This document shows, one piece after another, positions 20,851 to 32,809 of a stretch of DNA of 64,000 nt. A model generated the notes under the pieces. The model was not told the DNA's origin. It saw only the letters and a list, made by a program, of their open reading frames with translations, and did no database searches. Position numbers and translations under genes: made by a program. The stretch comes from Deltaproteobacteria bacterium. Its GTDB lineage: Bacteria; Myxococcota; Kuafuiibacteriia; Kuafuiibacteriales; Kuafuiibacteriaceae. The stretch spans positions 192,001 to 256,000 of the forward strand of contig JAVJQW010000067.1 in assembly GCA_040218735.1 (NCBI GenBank), given 5' to 3'. Every line of letters begins with the position of its first letter. The stretch's first letter is position 1.

Positions 20851-21779
20851 CTGCGCTTTGGGTGGCGCGGCCGGGGGGCAGGCGGAGCGACCGTTTCCGG
20901 TCGCCGTGTCTCGGCCCCTTCGCTCCGCTCGACCTCCCTCGCGGCGACCAAAAACTCCAAATCGCTCCGCCGACCCCCCGACCGCGCCCCCCTCGCTCCG
21001 CATGACGAGCTGCCCTCTCCCGACCGAGCCGGATTGCTAGCGCCCGCGTGGGTGGGCGACCCCGTTTGGGTGATTCAGCGGCTTGGTGCCCAGGGGCCCG
21101 CTCCGCGGCATCGGGCGGGCGGGGGCCCTCGGGCCGGCTTGCTCTACGACGCGTGAAGACGAGGACCGCGAAGAACGCGATCCGCGCTCGGTGGAGCTGA
21201 CGGCGTGGCGGACCGTGGTCGGGACCCCCGCCCGCCCTCGCCGCTCCGCTCAAGACGTCGGCAGGATCGTGGGAGGCTCGCGCGACCTCGTCTTGGTGGA
21301 CCGCACCGCGCTGAGGCGCCCGCAGAAATTCGGACGACACGCGCGGTGCCCGAGCGTCCCCGCCGACTCGCCTAGCGGAGCGGAGGCGGCGGGCGCGACG
21401 ATTCCGAAAGACGGTCCGCCACGAGTCGAGCGCGTCCTCTTGCCTATCTCGACCGCAACGCCGTGGGCTTCGCGTGTCGCCGATCTGGCCGGACCGAGGG
21501 CGTCGCGCCCGCCGCCGGAGCGGAGCGAGCCCCTGGGCAACGGGTCGAACCATCGCAGCGCGGGATCGTGGCACCCCCGGGTACAAAACCGAGTGATTGC
21601 GCCGTCAGGACGGCTACTCGTGATGCGGAGCGGGAGAGTGCGGTCGGGGGGCTGGGGGAGCGTTTGGAGATTTGGGTCGCCGCGGAGGCGGTCATCGAAG
21701 CCGTAGGAGTCCGGACACGGCGACCCGAAGCGGTCGCTCCACCAGACCCCCGGCCGCGCTCTCCAAAGCGCAGCCGAGC
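20845..21779. repeat. Large non-coding element: two diverged inverted ~406-bp arms (20845-21250, 21374-21779), each holding two long hairpin modules
   Basis: The reverse complement of 20845-21009 aligns with 21617-21779. 21087-21250 aligns with the reverse complement of 21374-21539. Both inter-module linkers are 77 bp. Confidence 0.8.
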
Positions 21780-21789
21780 AACCTCTCCC

Positions 21790-23871
<2,082 letters not shown>

Positions 23872-23959
23872 GCGTCGGGCGTATGTAAGCTAACTCCACC
23901 CGGGTCAAGCAAAAGCTCACGCGTGAAACTCGGGTCCGAGTTTGCGACACTCGGCGCCG

Positions 23960-24517
23960 ATGTGGCGCCGATTCGGCTTCGTTCCCCTACTGGCGATGAC
24001 CCTCACGGGTTGCCCCGACGACAGCCTGGATCGGGCCCGCAAACTCGAAGCCGAGGGGCGCATCCGCGAGGCCGGCGAGCTGTACCAGCACATCGCCAAG
24101 CAGGACCCGGCGAACCTCGGGGCCTGGGACGGCGCCGTCGATCTGTGGTGCACCAAACACGTCGACGTCGGGGCGTGCATGGGCGTCCTCGACCTGGAGT
24201 TGGACCTGCTCGGCAACGTCGAGCGGCACCGGGACGCCCTGTCCGAGGTCCTTGAGCTACGCGCGCGCGCACGCGCCGAGAACGGCATGGCGCAGGCGGC
24301 GCTCACGGATCTCGAGCGGGCCGAAAAGGCCGGCCCCGAGCGACCGACGGTCTACACCGCCAAAGCACGCGTGCTGATGATGCTCGGCCGCCCGGACGAG
24401 GCGCACGACGCGCTCGACATCGCCAAACGCCTCGACCCGAACAACGCCGAGGCCGACGCCCTCTACAAGGAGCTGCCCTCCAAGGACCCCGGCTTCGGTG
24501 GCGCCGTGAAGGACTAA
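23960..24517 (+). CDS. TPR-repeat lipoprotein
   Basis: Lipobox LTGC and TPR-like helices ending 'AKRLDPNNAEA'. Confidence 0.75.
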   Translation: MWRRFGFVPLLAMTLTGCPDDSLDRARKLEAEGRIREAGELYQHIAKQDPANLGAWDGAVDLWCTKHVDVGACMGVLDLELDLLGNVERHRDALSEVLELRARARAENGMAQAALTDLERAEKAGPERPTVYTAKARVLMMLGRPDEAHDALDIAKRLDPNNAEADALYKELPSKDPGFGGAVKD

Positions 24518-25350
24518 GGCGCGACGCCGAGGCGTGCGCCCATGCGAACGGGCTGGCCCTTCTCCATCGGGTTCAGCTCGACCGGGCGCTCCGTCACGAA
24601 GATGACCGTCGACCCCATCTCGAAGACGCCGAGCTCGGCGCCGCGCGCGATGGGGATCGGCTCGTCATAGGTGTGCCGCACGATCTCGGTCTGCCCCGTA
24701 TTGGTGCGAATCGCGTCGTCGTAACACAGGGAGATGTGGCCGACGTTGGTCGCGCCGACCTTCACCACCTCGACGCGCCCGAACTTCTCGGACTGCACGT
24801 GGGTGATGAGCCGCTCGTTCTTCGCGAACAGCTCGTCGACGTGCGCCACCGCCGCCGCGTTGACCGGCCACAGCGCACCGGGCACCGCGGTGTAGCCGGT
24901 GATCACGCCGTCCACCGGGCAGTGGATGCGATGGTAGTCGCGGGGCGCGAGGTACAGCGTCGCGTAGGTGCCGTCGGCGAAGATCTGCTCCGCGTCGTCC
25001 TGGGCGAGGAGCGCCGCGAGTTTGTAGTCGCGGCCCTTCGCCTGGAACAGGCGCCCGTCGCCGACCGGCCCGCCCACCAGATACGCACCGTCCACCGGAG
25101 ACACAAACGCCTCCGGCGCGTCGTCGATCGGACGCACGCCGGGCTTGAGGCGGCGGGTGAAGAAGTCGAGGACGCTCTCGTACGCGTCGATCGGCTTTTC
25201 GGCTTCTTCCACCGCCACGTCGAAGCGGGCCGCGAACCGGCGCACCGCCATCTGGGAGCGCACCGCCGCGAGGCGGCGCACTGCCTTGGACAGGGGCTTC
25301 TTGGGAAGCACCCGCATCCCCGTGATGAACAGCTTGCCGGGTTCGCTCAT
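24514..25350 (-). CDS. psd: Phosphatidylserine decarboxylase proenzyme
   Basis: FFTRRLK, SPVDG, YLAPRDYHRIH, NER, and the FEMGST autocleavage motif. Confidence 0.93.
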   Translation of the reverse strand: MSEPGKLFITGMRVLPKKPLSKAVRRLAAVRSQMAVRRFAARFDVAVEEAEKPIDAYESVLDFFTRRLKPGVRPIDDAPEAFVSPVDGAYLVGGPVGDGRLFQAKGRDYKLAALLAQDDAEQIFADGTYATLYLAPRDYHRIHCPVDGVITGYTAVPGALWPVNAAAVAHVDELFAKNERLITHVQSEKFGRVEVVKVGATNVGHISLCYDDAIRTNTGQTEIVRHTYDEPIPIARGAELGVFEMGSTVIFVTERPVELNPMEKGQPVRMGARLGVAP

Positions 25351-25354
25351 CGCG

Positions 25355-26425
25355 TCAGCTCAGCTCGGACAGCGCCGCGAGGATCTCCGCGGCGTGGGTC
25401 TTCGGCGACACCTTCGGGAAGGCCTTTGCGATGTTGCCGTCCTTGTCGATGATGAACGTGGTCCGCAGGATGCCGTTGAACTCGCGGCCCATGAACTTCT
25501 TGGGACCCCAGCTCCCGTAGGCGCTGATCACTTCACCCGCGGGATCCGAGAGCAGCGGGAAGTCGAGGTTGAACTTCGCCTTGAACTTGTCGTGTTTCTT
25601 CACGGTGTCGCGGCTGACGCCGAGCACGACGGCGTTCGCACCCGCGAGCTCCGACGACGCGTCGCGGAAACCGCAGGCCTCGACCGTGCACCCGGGCGTG
25701 TCGTCGCGCGGGTAGAAGTACAGGACCACGTTCTTGCCGCGGAGCGCTTCGAGGCTCACCTCGCCGCCACCGTCCGACGGGAGCGTGAACGTCGGCGCCT
25801 TCGTCCCGACCTCGGGCGCGGGCTGAATCGCCGGCTCCGCCGCGTCCGCCGCCGGCGCGGCCTTCGCGGGCGCGGGCGCGGCGACCTTAACGGGCGCCTT
25901 CTTCGCAGCGACCTTCTTCGCCGGAGCCTCTTTCGCGGGCGCTTTCTTCGCGGGCGCCTTCTTCGCGGGCGCCCTCTTCGCGGGCGCCTTCTTCACGGGC
26001 GCCTTCTTCGCGGGCGCCTTCTTCGCAGCGGCCTTCTTGGCGGGCGCCTTCTTCACGGCAGCCTTCTTCGCAGCAGCCTTCTTCACAGCAGCCTTCTTGG
26101 CGGGCGCCTTCTTCACAGCAGCCTTCTTCACAGCAGCCTTCTTGGCGGGCGCCTTCTTGGTCGCGCGCTTCTTCGTGGGCGCCTTCTTGGCAGCGCGCTT
26201 CTTCGTCGCCTTCTTCGCGGCGGCCTTCTTCGTCGCTTTCTTCGCGGCGGCCTTCTTCGTCGCTTTCTTCGCGGCGGTCTTCTTCGCCGCGCGCTTCTTC
26301 GTGGTCTTCTTCGCTGCCGTCTTCTTCGCTGCCGTCTTCTTCGCGGCGCGCTTCTTGGTCGTCTTCTTGGCCGCCGTCTTCTTGGCAGTGGCCTTCTTCT
26401 TCGAGGTCGTCTTCTTCCGAGCCAT
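25355..26425 (-). CDS. bcp: Bcp/PrxQ peroxiredoxin with ~180-aa N-terminal histone-H1-like Lys/Ala-rich region
   Basis: Start at ATG 26425 (MARKKTT). KKAA/KKAP repeats run in frame, with no stop, into [20 protein letters not shown]. Confidence 0.9.
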   Translation of the reverse strand: MARKKTTSKKKATAKKTAAKKTTKKRAAKKTAAKKTAAKKTTKKRAAKKTAAKKATKKAAAKKATKKAAAKKATKKRAAKKAPTKKRATKKAPAKKAAVKKAAVKKAPAKKAAVKKAAAKKAAVKKAPAKKAAAKKAPAKKAPVKKAPAKRAPAKKAPAKKAPAKEAPAKKVAAKKAPVKVAAPAPAKAAPAADAAEPAIQPAPEVGTKAPTFTLPSDGGGEVSLEALRGKNVVLYFYPRDDTPGCTVEACGFRDASSELAGANAVVLGVSRDTVKKHDKFKAKFNLDFPLLSDPAGEVISAYGSWGPKKFMGREFNGILRTTFIIDKDGNIAKAFPKVSPKTHAAEILAALSELS

Positions 26426-26556
26426 GGCGACCCCGTTAACGAGGAAGATCGTCCCTGGCAAGGCGGCGTTCGCGCCCGGTGGCGCGGAGGAAGCGGAAGC
26501 GGTGGGAGGGAGGAGGCGCGCGCGGCGGCGCCACCGCCGCGCGACTTCGGTCGAGC

Positions 26557-27744
26557 CTACTGGCAGTGGCCGGTGGCCGTGTTGCACGTGCCGCCGCCGC
26601 ACTCCGCGTCCATCGTGCAGCGCGGGATGCAGACGTCGATGGGCGAGCCGTCCTGGAACATGCCGATCCGCTCGCAGATCGTGTTCGGGTTCAGGTTCGA
26701 GCACGCGGTGTCGTTTCCGAACGTGCACTGCTGCACGCAGATGTTCCCCTCGTTCTGCGTCACGAGGCAGACCGAGTTCATCGGGCACTGGTCGAGCACG
26801 TTGGTGCAGGACGCGGTGCACGAGTTCGCCAGCGTCGCCGAGCACGCGCCGCTCTGGCAGTCGCCGCCCACCGTGCAGGTCTGCCCGATGTCCGTGAACG
26901 ACTGCACGTTGAGGCACAGGCCGACGCCGTCGTTCGGCGCCTCGAGCGGGTCACACTGGTAGGTGCCGAGGCTCGGGCACACCGAGCCGGGGTTCCTGTC
27001 GTCGCACAGGCGCGAGCAGACGCCCATCGTCACCGGCGGGTTCGCCTGCGACGACACGCCGATGCAGAAGTGGTTCGACGCGCGCTCGCAGGAGTCGGAG
27101 TCGATGTTGCCGCCGAGGTCGAACGTCACGGTGCAGGCCTGCGCGTGCGTGCCGCCGTTGCCGAGCGGCTGGCAGACGCCGGGCACCACGCCCATCGTCC
27201 CGAGCCAGAAGCAGCCGTTGCCCATGCCGCAGGTCGAGTTCGCCGTGGGCACGTAGGGGTCGCACTCGCTGAAGCAAGCGCAGTTGCCGCCGCCCGCGCA
27301 GCGCCCCGAGCCGTCGTTGATCAGGCAGACGCCGTTCGGGTCCGCCATCTGGCAGTCGGTGTCCACGTTGCAGCCGCCCTGCTGCATCATCCCGCCGTCG
27401 CGGGTCGGGTTGTTCACGCCGCCGTCGCGCGGCGGGTTGATCGGGTCGCAGGCCATCGTCGCGTCGTTCCAGACGTAGCCGCCCTGGCAGTTCGGCAGGC
27501 ACTCACACGCGGGCGCCATGCCCACGAGCTGGAACGGCGCGCAGTTGTTGTTCGCGCAAGGGTTCGGGCCCGCGTCGGTCGGGTTGTTGGTGTCGCCACC
27601 GTCGCGCGGGGCGCCCGAGCCTCCGTCGCGGACCGGTCGGATCTTCGTGCCGCCGGTGTCGCGGCCGCCGCTGCAGCCGAACGCGACGGCGGCGGTACAC
27701 AGAGAGAGCAGGAGGTGAGCAGAAAGAGAGGTCGAGGTGCGCAT
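26557..27744 (-). CDS. Cys-rich lipoprotein with RDGG linkers
   Basis: Lipobox AFGC and many Cys-rich modules (C..D.DC, C..D.EC). Confidence 0.8.
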   Translation of the reverse strand: MRTSTSLSAHLLLSLCTAAVAFGCSGGRDTGGTKIRPVRDGGSGAPRDGGDTNNPTDAGPNPCANNNCAPFQLVGMAPACECLPNCQGGYVWNDATMACDPINPPRDGGVNNPTRDGGMMQQGGCNVDTDCQMADPNGVCLINDGSGRCAGGGNCACFSECDPYVPTANSTCGMGNGCFWLGTMGVVPGVCQPLGNGGTHAQACTVTFDLGGNIDSDSCERASNHFCIGVSSQANPPVTMGVCSRLCDDRNPGSVCPSLGTYQCDPLEAPNDGVGLCLNVQSFTDIGQTCTVGGDCQSGACSATLANSCTASCTNVLDQCPMNSVCLVTQNEGNICVQQCTFGNDTACSNLNPNTICERIGMFQDGSPIDVCIPRCTMDAECGGGTCNTATGHCQ

Positions 27745-27937
27745 AGTAACCGTTCCCCGTTACTACTCGCGCACCGGATCTCGGGTCGGTCGATCGACCT
27801 ACGCGGCGGCAGTTGAGCGCGCGCACGCCGACGACGGGCGGAGAAGGGGCCGTTCGACGCACTCGGGCGTCAGGCGATGACAGCGAAATGGAGGGGCGCT
27901 CAGGATTGGAGCCGGAGGCGGTCGCCTCCATCGGCAT

Positions 27938-28010
27938 CCTGACCCTCGCCCTCGCCTCTCGAGGCCAGAGCACGGCCTTCGTCGTGTTGAAGGCTAGGGC
28001 CGGGGTCAGG
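27938..28010. repeat. Imperfect intergenic hairpin (REP-like or terminator-like)
   Basis: CCTGACCCTCGCCCT pairs with AGGGCCGGGGTCAGG. There is an inner GCCTTC/GAAGGC stem. Confidence 0.45.
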
Positions 28011-28027
28011 GCTAGGAGGCCTCGCTT

Positions 28028-29518
28028 CTAGAAGCGGTAGCCGATCGAGGTGTTGACCATCATGTTCCCGCCCGAGCCGGAGAGGAACTGTGGGCCGCGC
28101 ATGAACCAGAAGGGGTCGATGTGCAGGTCCGCGAAGAAGCCCTCGTAGTGGGCGCCGAACCCGACGAAGTAGTCGAAGAACGGGTCGTCGCGCGTGACGT
28201 CGTTGTTGGCGTCCGCGTTGTTGTCGTTGGTGTCGTCGTCGAGGCGATCGATCGTCGTGGCGCGCATGTACTTCACGACGCCGCCGCGGAAGTCGAGCCA
28301 CGAGAAGAGCCGCGCCTCCGCCGCGAAGCGGATGTAGGGCAGCGCGTCGATCGAGATCGTCGTGCGCGAGAACTCGAGCGGGATGTCGCGGTTGAAGCCG
28401 TTGTTCGGATCCTCCGCGATCTGGTGCTCGAACTCGCTCGCGAGGCTGTAGATCTGGAAGCCCGCGATCGCCCAGAAGTTGATGCGGTCGGCCGGCTTGA
28501 AGTGGCCCGCGACGCCGACGTCGAGGAGGAACAGCTGCGCGCGGACGTCCGTGATGTTCACGCGGCGGGTCTGGTCACCCTCCCAGCTGATGCCGTCCTG
28601 GTAGTCCGCGAGGTCCGCGGCCGACAGGTTCTGGAAGCGGAAGCTGATCGCCGGGACGATCTCCCACCACTCGGACGCGCCGATCATCGCGCGCACCTCG
28701 GCGTTGAGGTCGATGCCGCCGCCGCCGTCGACGAGCTGGTTGCGCTCGTTGGGCGAGTAGCCGAGCGAGTGGAACTTCAGGCCGAGGCCCGCGTCCACCG
28801 TCGCGAACTCACCGATCGGCAGACCGCCGCCGAGGCGGAAGCCGAAGTGCGAGGTCGTGATCTTGTCGCGCTGCCGGCTCTCGACGCCGCCCATCAGGTC
28901 GGCGGGCACGTCCGGGTCGTTGTCGTTCGGGTTACGAACGTAGCGCGACGAGCCGTAGGTCAGCTGCAGGCCGAGCTGCGCGATGTCCTGCAGGTTGTAC
29001 GCGAAGAACAGGTCGAACTTGCGGTTCGCGTCGCCGGGCGCGTCGGGCGCGACGGGCAGCCACGGGAACTGCGACGGGTCGCCCGAGGAGCTCCCCGCGA
29101 GGAAGCCGAGCAGGTCCGGGACGGTCGAGTCCTCGTAGTCGGACAGGTGCGCCGAGATGAACAGGTCGTCGGTGACCTTGAAGATCGCGCCACCGCCTGC
29201 CTTCGACATCACGGGCATCGTGTCCGCGACCTCCAGCGACGACGGCTGGATGCCGCCGCGGTTGCTGTCGTCACCGAAGGCGTTCTGCGAGGACTCCCCG
29301 CCGAACAGCTCCAGGTAGAAGATGTTCCCGTACCGCGTGATCATGTGCGGATAGAGCCAGCGGTTCGCGTCGTCGAGCACGAAGCGGTTGGAAACCCCCA
29401 GCGTGTAGATGCGCGTGGTCGTAGCCTCGGCCAGCGACGGCGCCGTCATGAGCGCGCCCAAGGCCACGATCCCCGCCCAGCGTGCGGTCTTCGTGGTCCC
29501 CTCTCCCCAGTTACCCAT
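28028..29518 (-). CDS. Predicted outer-membrane beta-barrel protein
   Basis: Signal peptide, alternating amphipathic strands, C-terminal SIGYRF beta-signal and an AAGGAG RBS. Confidence 0.75.
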   Translation of the reverse strand: MGNWGEGTTKTARWAGIVALGALMTAPSLAEATTTRIYTLGVSNRFVLDDANRWLYPHMITRYGNIFYLELFGGESSQNAFGDDSNRGGIQPSSLEVADTMPVMSKAGGGAIFKVTDDLFISAHLSDYEDSTVPDLLGFLAGSSSGDPSQFPWLPVAPDAPGDANRKFDLFFAYNLQDIAQLGLQLTYGSSRYVRNPNDNDPDVPADLMGGVESRQRDKITTSHFGFRLGGGLPIGEFATVDAGLGLKFHSLGYSPNERNQLVDGGGGIDLNAEVRAMIGASEWWEIVPAISFRFQNLSAADLADYQDGISWEGDQTRRVNITDVRAQLFLLDVGVAGHFKPADRINFWAIAGFQIYSLASEFEHQIAEDPNNGFNRDIPLEFSRTTISIDALPYIRFAAEARLFSWLDFRGGVVKYMRATTIDRLDDDTNDNNADANNDVTRDDPFFDYFVGFGAHYEGFFADLHIDPFWFMRGPQFLSGSGGNMMVNTSIGYRF

Positions 29519-29629
29519 CGATTCTCCTTCTACTCACGACGCCAATCGCGCGTGCGCGTCGCGCCTCTAGCACGGACCCTCTGTCAGTCCAAGCGCTGGT
29601 TCCTACGTCGACCGCCGTCACACCTTCCT

Positions 29630-32176
29630 TCAGAAGCTGAGAAAGGACTGGGCGAAGTCGAGGTACACGGCGGGGGGCCCGACCCGGACGCGGCCGGCGT
29701 CGTCGACGAGGGGGATCGCGATGTCGATCGCCATGACCCCCGGGCGCACGCCGAAGTAGTCCAGGTAGATCCGAAACCCGTAGCCGACGTCGGCGCGCAG
29801 GGGTCGGTCCGACAGTTCGTCGAAGCCGTCACCGATCCACGCGACGTCCGCGAACAGCGCCCCGTCGAGCTTCGTCGCCCAGACCAGCTCCATGACGTTG
29901 TCGTCGACGTCCCAGAGGATCGGGTGCAACCACTCGCCGCTGAGGATCCCGCGCAGGCGCCCGACGGCGTCGTCCACGACGTACCCACGGACGTTGTTGC
30001 GTCCCCCGAGCGCGTACCGAAGCTGAGGCCGCGGTGTCCCCGCCACGAACGCGCCGAGGTTCGCGCGCACCGAGAACTGGTGCGCGGCGTTCACCCGCCA
30101 GGCCTTCAGCCCGCGTAGCGCGACGCTCACCGCGTTCGGCGTGACCTCCGGCGATCCGGCGAGATCCCCGAAGACCCGGTCGAACGCGACGGACGCCCGG
30201 ATGGCCTCCCCCGCCTCCGGCACCCAGACCGTTCGGCGTGTATCCCAGCCGTAGAACAGCGCGCCCGACGCCGAGTACGCCGACTCCGTCTCCCCCGCGA
30301 AGTTCGGGCGGAGGTACTCGCCGGCGGCGATCAGCCCGATCCACTGGGACAGCCGATCCGGCGTCAGCGGCTCGCCGAAGTAGTAGACGGCGCGCCCCGA
30401 CAGCGACACCGCGTCCGGCGCGTAGCTGGCGCGCGCGGCGAAGCGCCACCGAACGTCGCGCACGCGGGAGAAGCCGACGTCGAGCGCGGTGTCGATGTTT
30501 CCGGCGGTCGGGGAGTACAGGATGTTGAAGTTGTTCAGCAGGAAGCGCCACCGCGGGTGGGTGCGGTTGTCGAGCTTCGGCGACGGCACCTCGGCGCTCG
30601 GGGCCTCCGCGAGGCGCCCGTTGGGATCGAGGATCACGGAGTCGAGCGGCGCCGCGAGGGTCGCGGTGAGCGTGCGCATCGCGGCGGTGGAGGTCGCGAC
30701 GCGGACGAGGCGTTCGTTGTCGTCGTCGTCGATCAGCTTCAGCTCGACCGGCTCCGCGATCGCGGCGCCGGTGCGCTCGACGACGACGCGCGCGCGGCAG
30801 TCGGGCGCGCACGAAGATCCGTAGTCGGCGATGCGGTACTGCACCTCCGGGTACGGGCCGAGCCAGGTCTCGAGGAACGTGTCGGTGTCGTCGCAGAGCG
30901 CGACGCGGAGCGCGGCGACGACGTCGGTGCCCTGCCCGATCGCCTCCATCGCGACGTCGGTGTCCTTCGGCCCGACGCGGTCGAGGAGCTTCTCGTAGAT
31001 CAGCTTGCCGCGCGGGTACGGCGACGGGGGATCGAGGAGGTTGGCGCGGAGCGGATCCGTCTCGCGGATCAGGCGAAAGTAGGCGCCGACGAACGGGAAC
31101 TGCGGCGCGTAGAGCATCGAGTCGACGGCCGGGATGAACGACCACAGGTAGAGGACGTCGAAGACGTCCTCGCGCTCCTCGAGCTGATGGCGAACGAGCG
31201 CGTCGACCAGCCACGCCGCGACGGCGTCCGCGCCGACGACCGCGAGCGGCTCTTCACTGCGAAGGCGGAGCAGCGTCGACGCGACGAGAACCTCGCGGAG
31301 GATCGGGTAGCGGTGAAACCGCAGGAAGCGCTCGGCGGGGGTCAGGCGGAACGCACGATCGCTGACGAGGACGTGGCCGTCGGTCGCGCGCGCGAGGTCG
31401 TGGCGTAGCGGTGCGTCGACGATCGTGAGCGGCGCGTCGGCGGTCGGCGTGGGCCAGCTTCGCTCCGCGAGGAAGTCGAACAGCTCGTCGAGCGCGAGGT
31501 CGAGCTCCTCGGCGCGCCGCTCGAACTCGAGGTGGTCCCGCCCTTCGAGGCGCGAGACGAGCCGCACGCGCCCGCGGGCGATCAGACGGGCGCCGGCGTT
31601 CGGCGGGAGGACGACGATCGGGACCTGCCGGGCGCGCACCGTCTGACGGACGGTCGCGGTGTGCTCGTGCCAGCGATCCGCGACGACCGCCGAGTGACCC
31701 GGCGGGACGGTGAGGGTGAGGTCGATCGTCGTGAGCGGCGCGGGTGCGTCGGGTTCGGCGACGCGCGGGTACCAGCCGCCGCCCAAGGTGAGCTGGCGTT
31801 TGTGGAGGGAGAACGGGCCGTAGCGATCGGGGACATGCAGCGTCGCTTCGACGCGGACGCGGACGCGGCCGGTCGCGGGGCAGCGGACGAAGTGGTCCTT
31901 CGCGTGTGCGTCGCAAGGGGCGCCGTCGATCGTGATCGTCACGTCCTCGAAGCCGCCCGGCGCGAACGCCCCCGCGAACAGCTCCGTCTCACTCGCGGGG
32001 AGCAGCCCTTCGGGCGGGTGGCGGTAGCGCTCGGCGTCGAGGAACACGTGCACGGCGCCGTCGGCGTCGACGACGTGCTCGGTCACGACGCGGACCGTCT
32101 CGAGGTCCTCGGACACCGTGGCCTCGACGGTCATGGGCGACGCGGCAACGAGGGCCGCGAGGAGCGCGCCGATCAT
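29630..32176 (-). CDS. Secreted protein: M1-aminopeptidase-like region (no HExxH) fused to a BamA/TamA-like barrel
   Basis: 'GGWYP', 'YPRGKLIY' and 'VILDPNGRL' recall M1 scaffolds. The C-terminus has 'LGGRNNVRGY', 'ALFADVA' and 'DVGYGFR' (Omp85 VRGY motif). ATG overlaps the upstream stop. Confidence 0.6.
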   Translation of the reverse strand: MIGALLAALVAASPMTVEATVSEDLETVRVVTEHVVDADGAVHVFLDAERYRHPPEGLLPASETELFAGAFAPGGFEDVTITIDGAPCDAHAKDHFVRCPATGRVRVRVEATLHVPDRYGPFSLHKRQLTLGGGWYPRVAEPDAPAPLTTIDLTLTVPPGHSAVVADRWHEHTATVRQTVRARQVPIVVLPPNAGARLIARGRVRLVSRLEGRDHLEFERRAEELDLALDELFDFLAERSWPTPTADAPLTIVDAPLRHDLARATDGHVLVSDRAFRLTPAERFLRFHRYPILREVLVASTLLRLRSEEPLAVVGADAVAAWLVDALVRHQLEEREDVFDVLYLWSFIPAVDSMLYAPQFPFVGAYFRLIRETDPLRANLLDPPSPYPRGKLIYEKLLDRVGPKDTDVAMEAIGQGTDVVAALRVALCDDTDTFLETWLGPYPEVQYRIADYGSSCAPDCRARVVVERTGAAIAEPVELKLIDDDDNERLVRVATSTAAMRTLTATLAAPLDSVILDPNGRLAEAPSAEVPSPKLDNRTHPRWRFLLNNFNILYSPTAGNIDTALDVGFSRVRDVRWRFAARASYAPDAVSLSGRAVYYFGEPLTPDRLSQWIGLIAAGEYLRPNFAGETESAYSASGALFYGWDTRRTVWVPEAGEAIRASVAFDRVFGDLAGSPEVTPNAVSVALRGLKAWRVNAAHQFSVRANLGAFVAGTPRPQLRYALGGRNNVRGYVVDDAVGRLRGILSGEWLHPILWDVDDNVMELVWATKLDGALFADVAWIGDGFDELSDRPLRADVGYGFRIYLDYFGVRPGVMAIDIAIPLVDDAGRVRVGPPAVYLDFAQSFLSF

Positions 32177-32718
32177 TCGAGGAGGTAGACGTTGCCGAAC
32201 GTGCGCAGGGCTTCCTGCCCGGTGCGCAGCATCGTGCGTTCGTTGATGCGGGCCGAGATCGGCGCGGCGATGAGCGGTACGACGCGCCCCAGCGAGCCGA
32301 GGCCGTGTTTGAGCGCGATGGCCTTGGCGATGGCGCCGATGACGCGCGGGCTCGCGCGTAGGACGTCCTCGACGCCGTGCGCCCGCCCGAGCACGCCGAG
32401 GACCCGGTCTTCGCCGCCGTACCCGTCGAGGTCTTCGCCGTAGGCCTCGGCGACGGTGACGATCATCGCGAGCTGGAAGTACGTGAAGACCAGCGCGTCG
32501 AGCGGGACGCCGAGGAGCCCGAGCGCGCCGGTGGCGCCGCCTTCGATCTGCGCGGCGCGCACCCAACGGGACAGGACGATGTGGGCGACGCGGTCGCGGG
32601 AGATCGGACCATCGCGTTCGATGAGGTCGATGTGGAAGCGCGCGCGGCGACGTTCGTCGCGGATGAGATCGCGGAGCTTCTGCGCGGCGACCTTCTTGGC
32701 GCGGGCGACCCGGGACAC
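32173..32718 (-). CDS. EcsC-family-like protein
   Basis: 'AAQIEGGATGALGLLGVPLD', 'VAEAYGEDL', 'GRVVPLIAAPISARIN'. GTG start is inferred. Confidence 0.65.
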   Translation of the reverse strand: MSRVARAKKVAAQKLRDLIRDERRRARFHIDLIERDGPISRDRVAHIVLSRWVRAAQIEGGATGALGLLGVPLDALVFTYFQLAMIVTVAEAYGEDLDGYGGEDRVLGVLGRAHGVEDVLRASPRVIGAIAKAIALKHGLGSLGRVVPLIAAPISARINERTMLRTGQEALRTFGNVYLLE

Positions 32719-32809
32719 GGGGTGGGTTCTATCGCGAAACGATCGGGCAACGAAACGGGGGACGATCACGACGGCGGTGGCACCGAGCTGTTGGGTGGGG
32801 TTCGGTGCG

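Noticed and set aside
20767-21706. Several overlapping ORFs (e.g. 20789..21586 -, 21083..21706 +) in the greA-hppA gap
   Set aside because: They are Arg/Pro/Ala-rich with no motifs and no RBS. GC-rich palindromic repeats explain them.
20845-21779. RNase P, SRP, tmRNA or group II intron as the identity of the structured region
   Set aside because: Hallmark words (GAGGAAAGTCC, the SRP GGAAG loop context, a tRNA-like end, domain V) were not found on either strand by eye. An Rfam scan is still needed.
26426-26917. N-terminal 163 aa of the 520-aa track ORF upstream of bcp
   Set aside because: It overlaps the Cys-rich lipoprotein gene in another frame. Composition switches abruptly at MARKK (26425).
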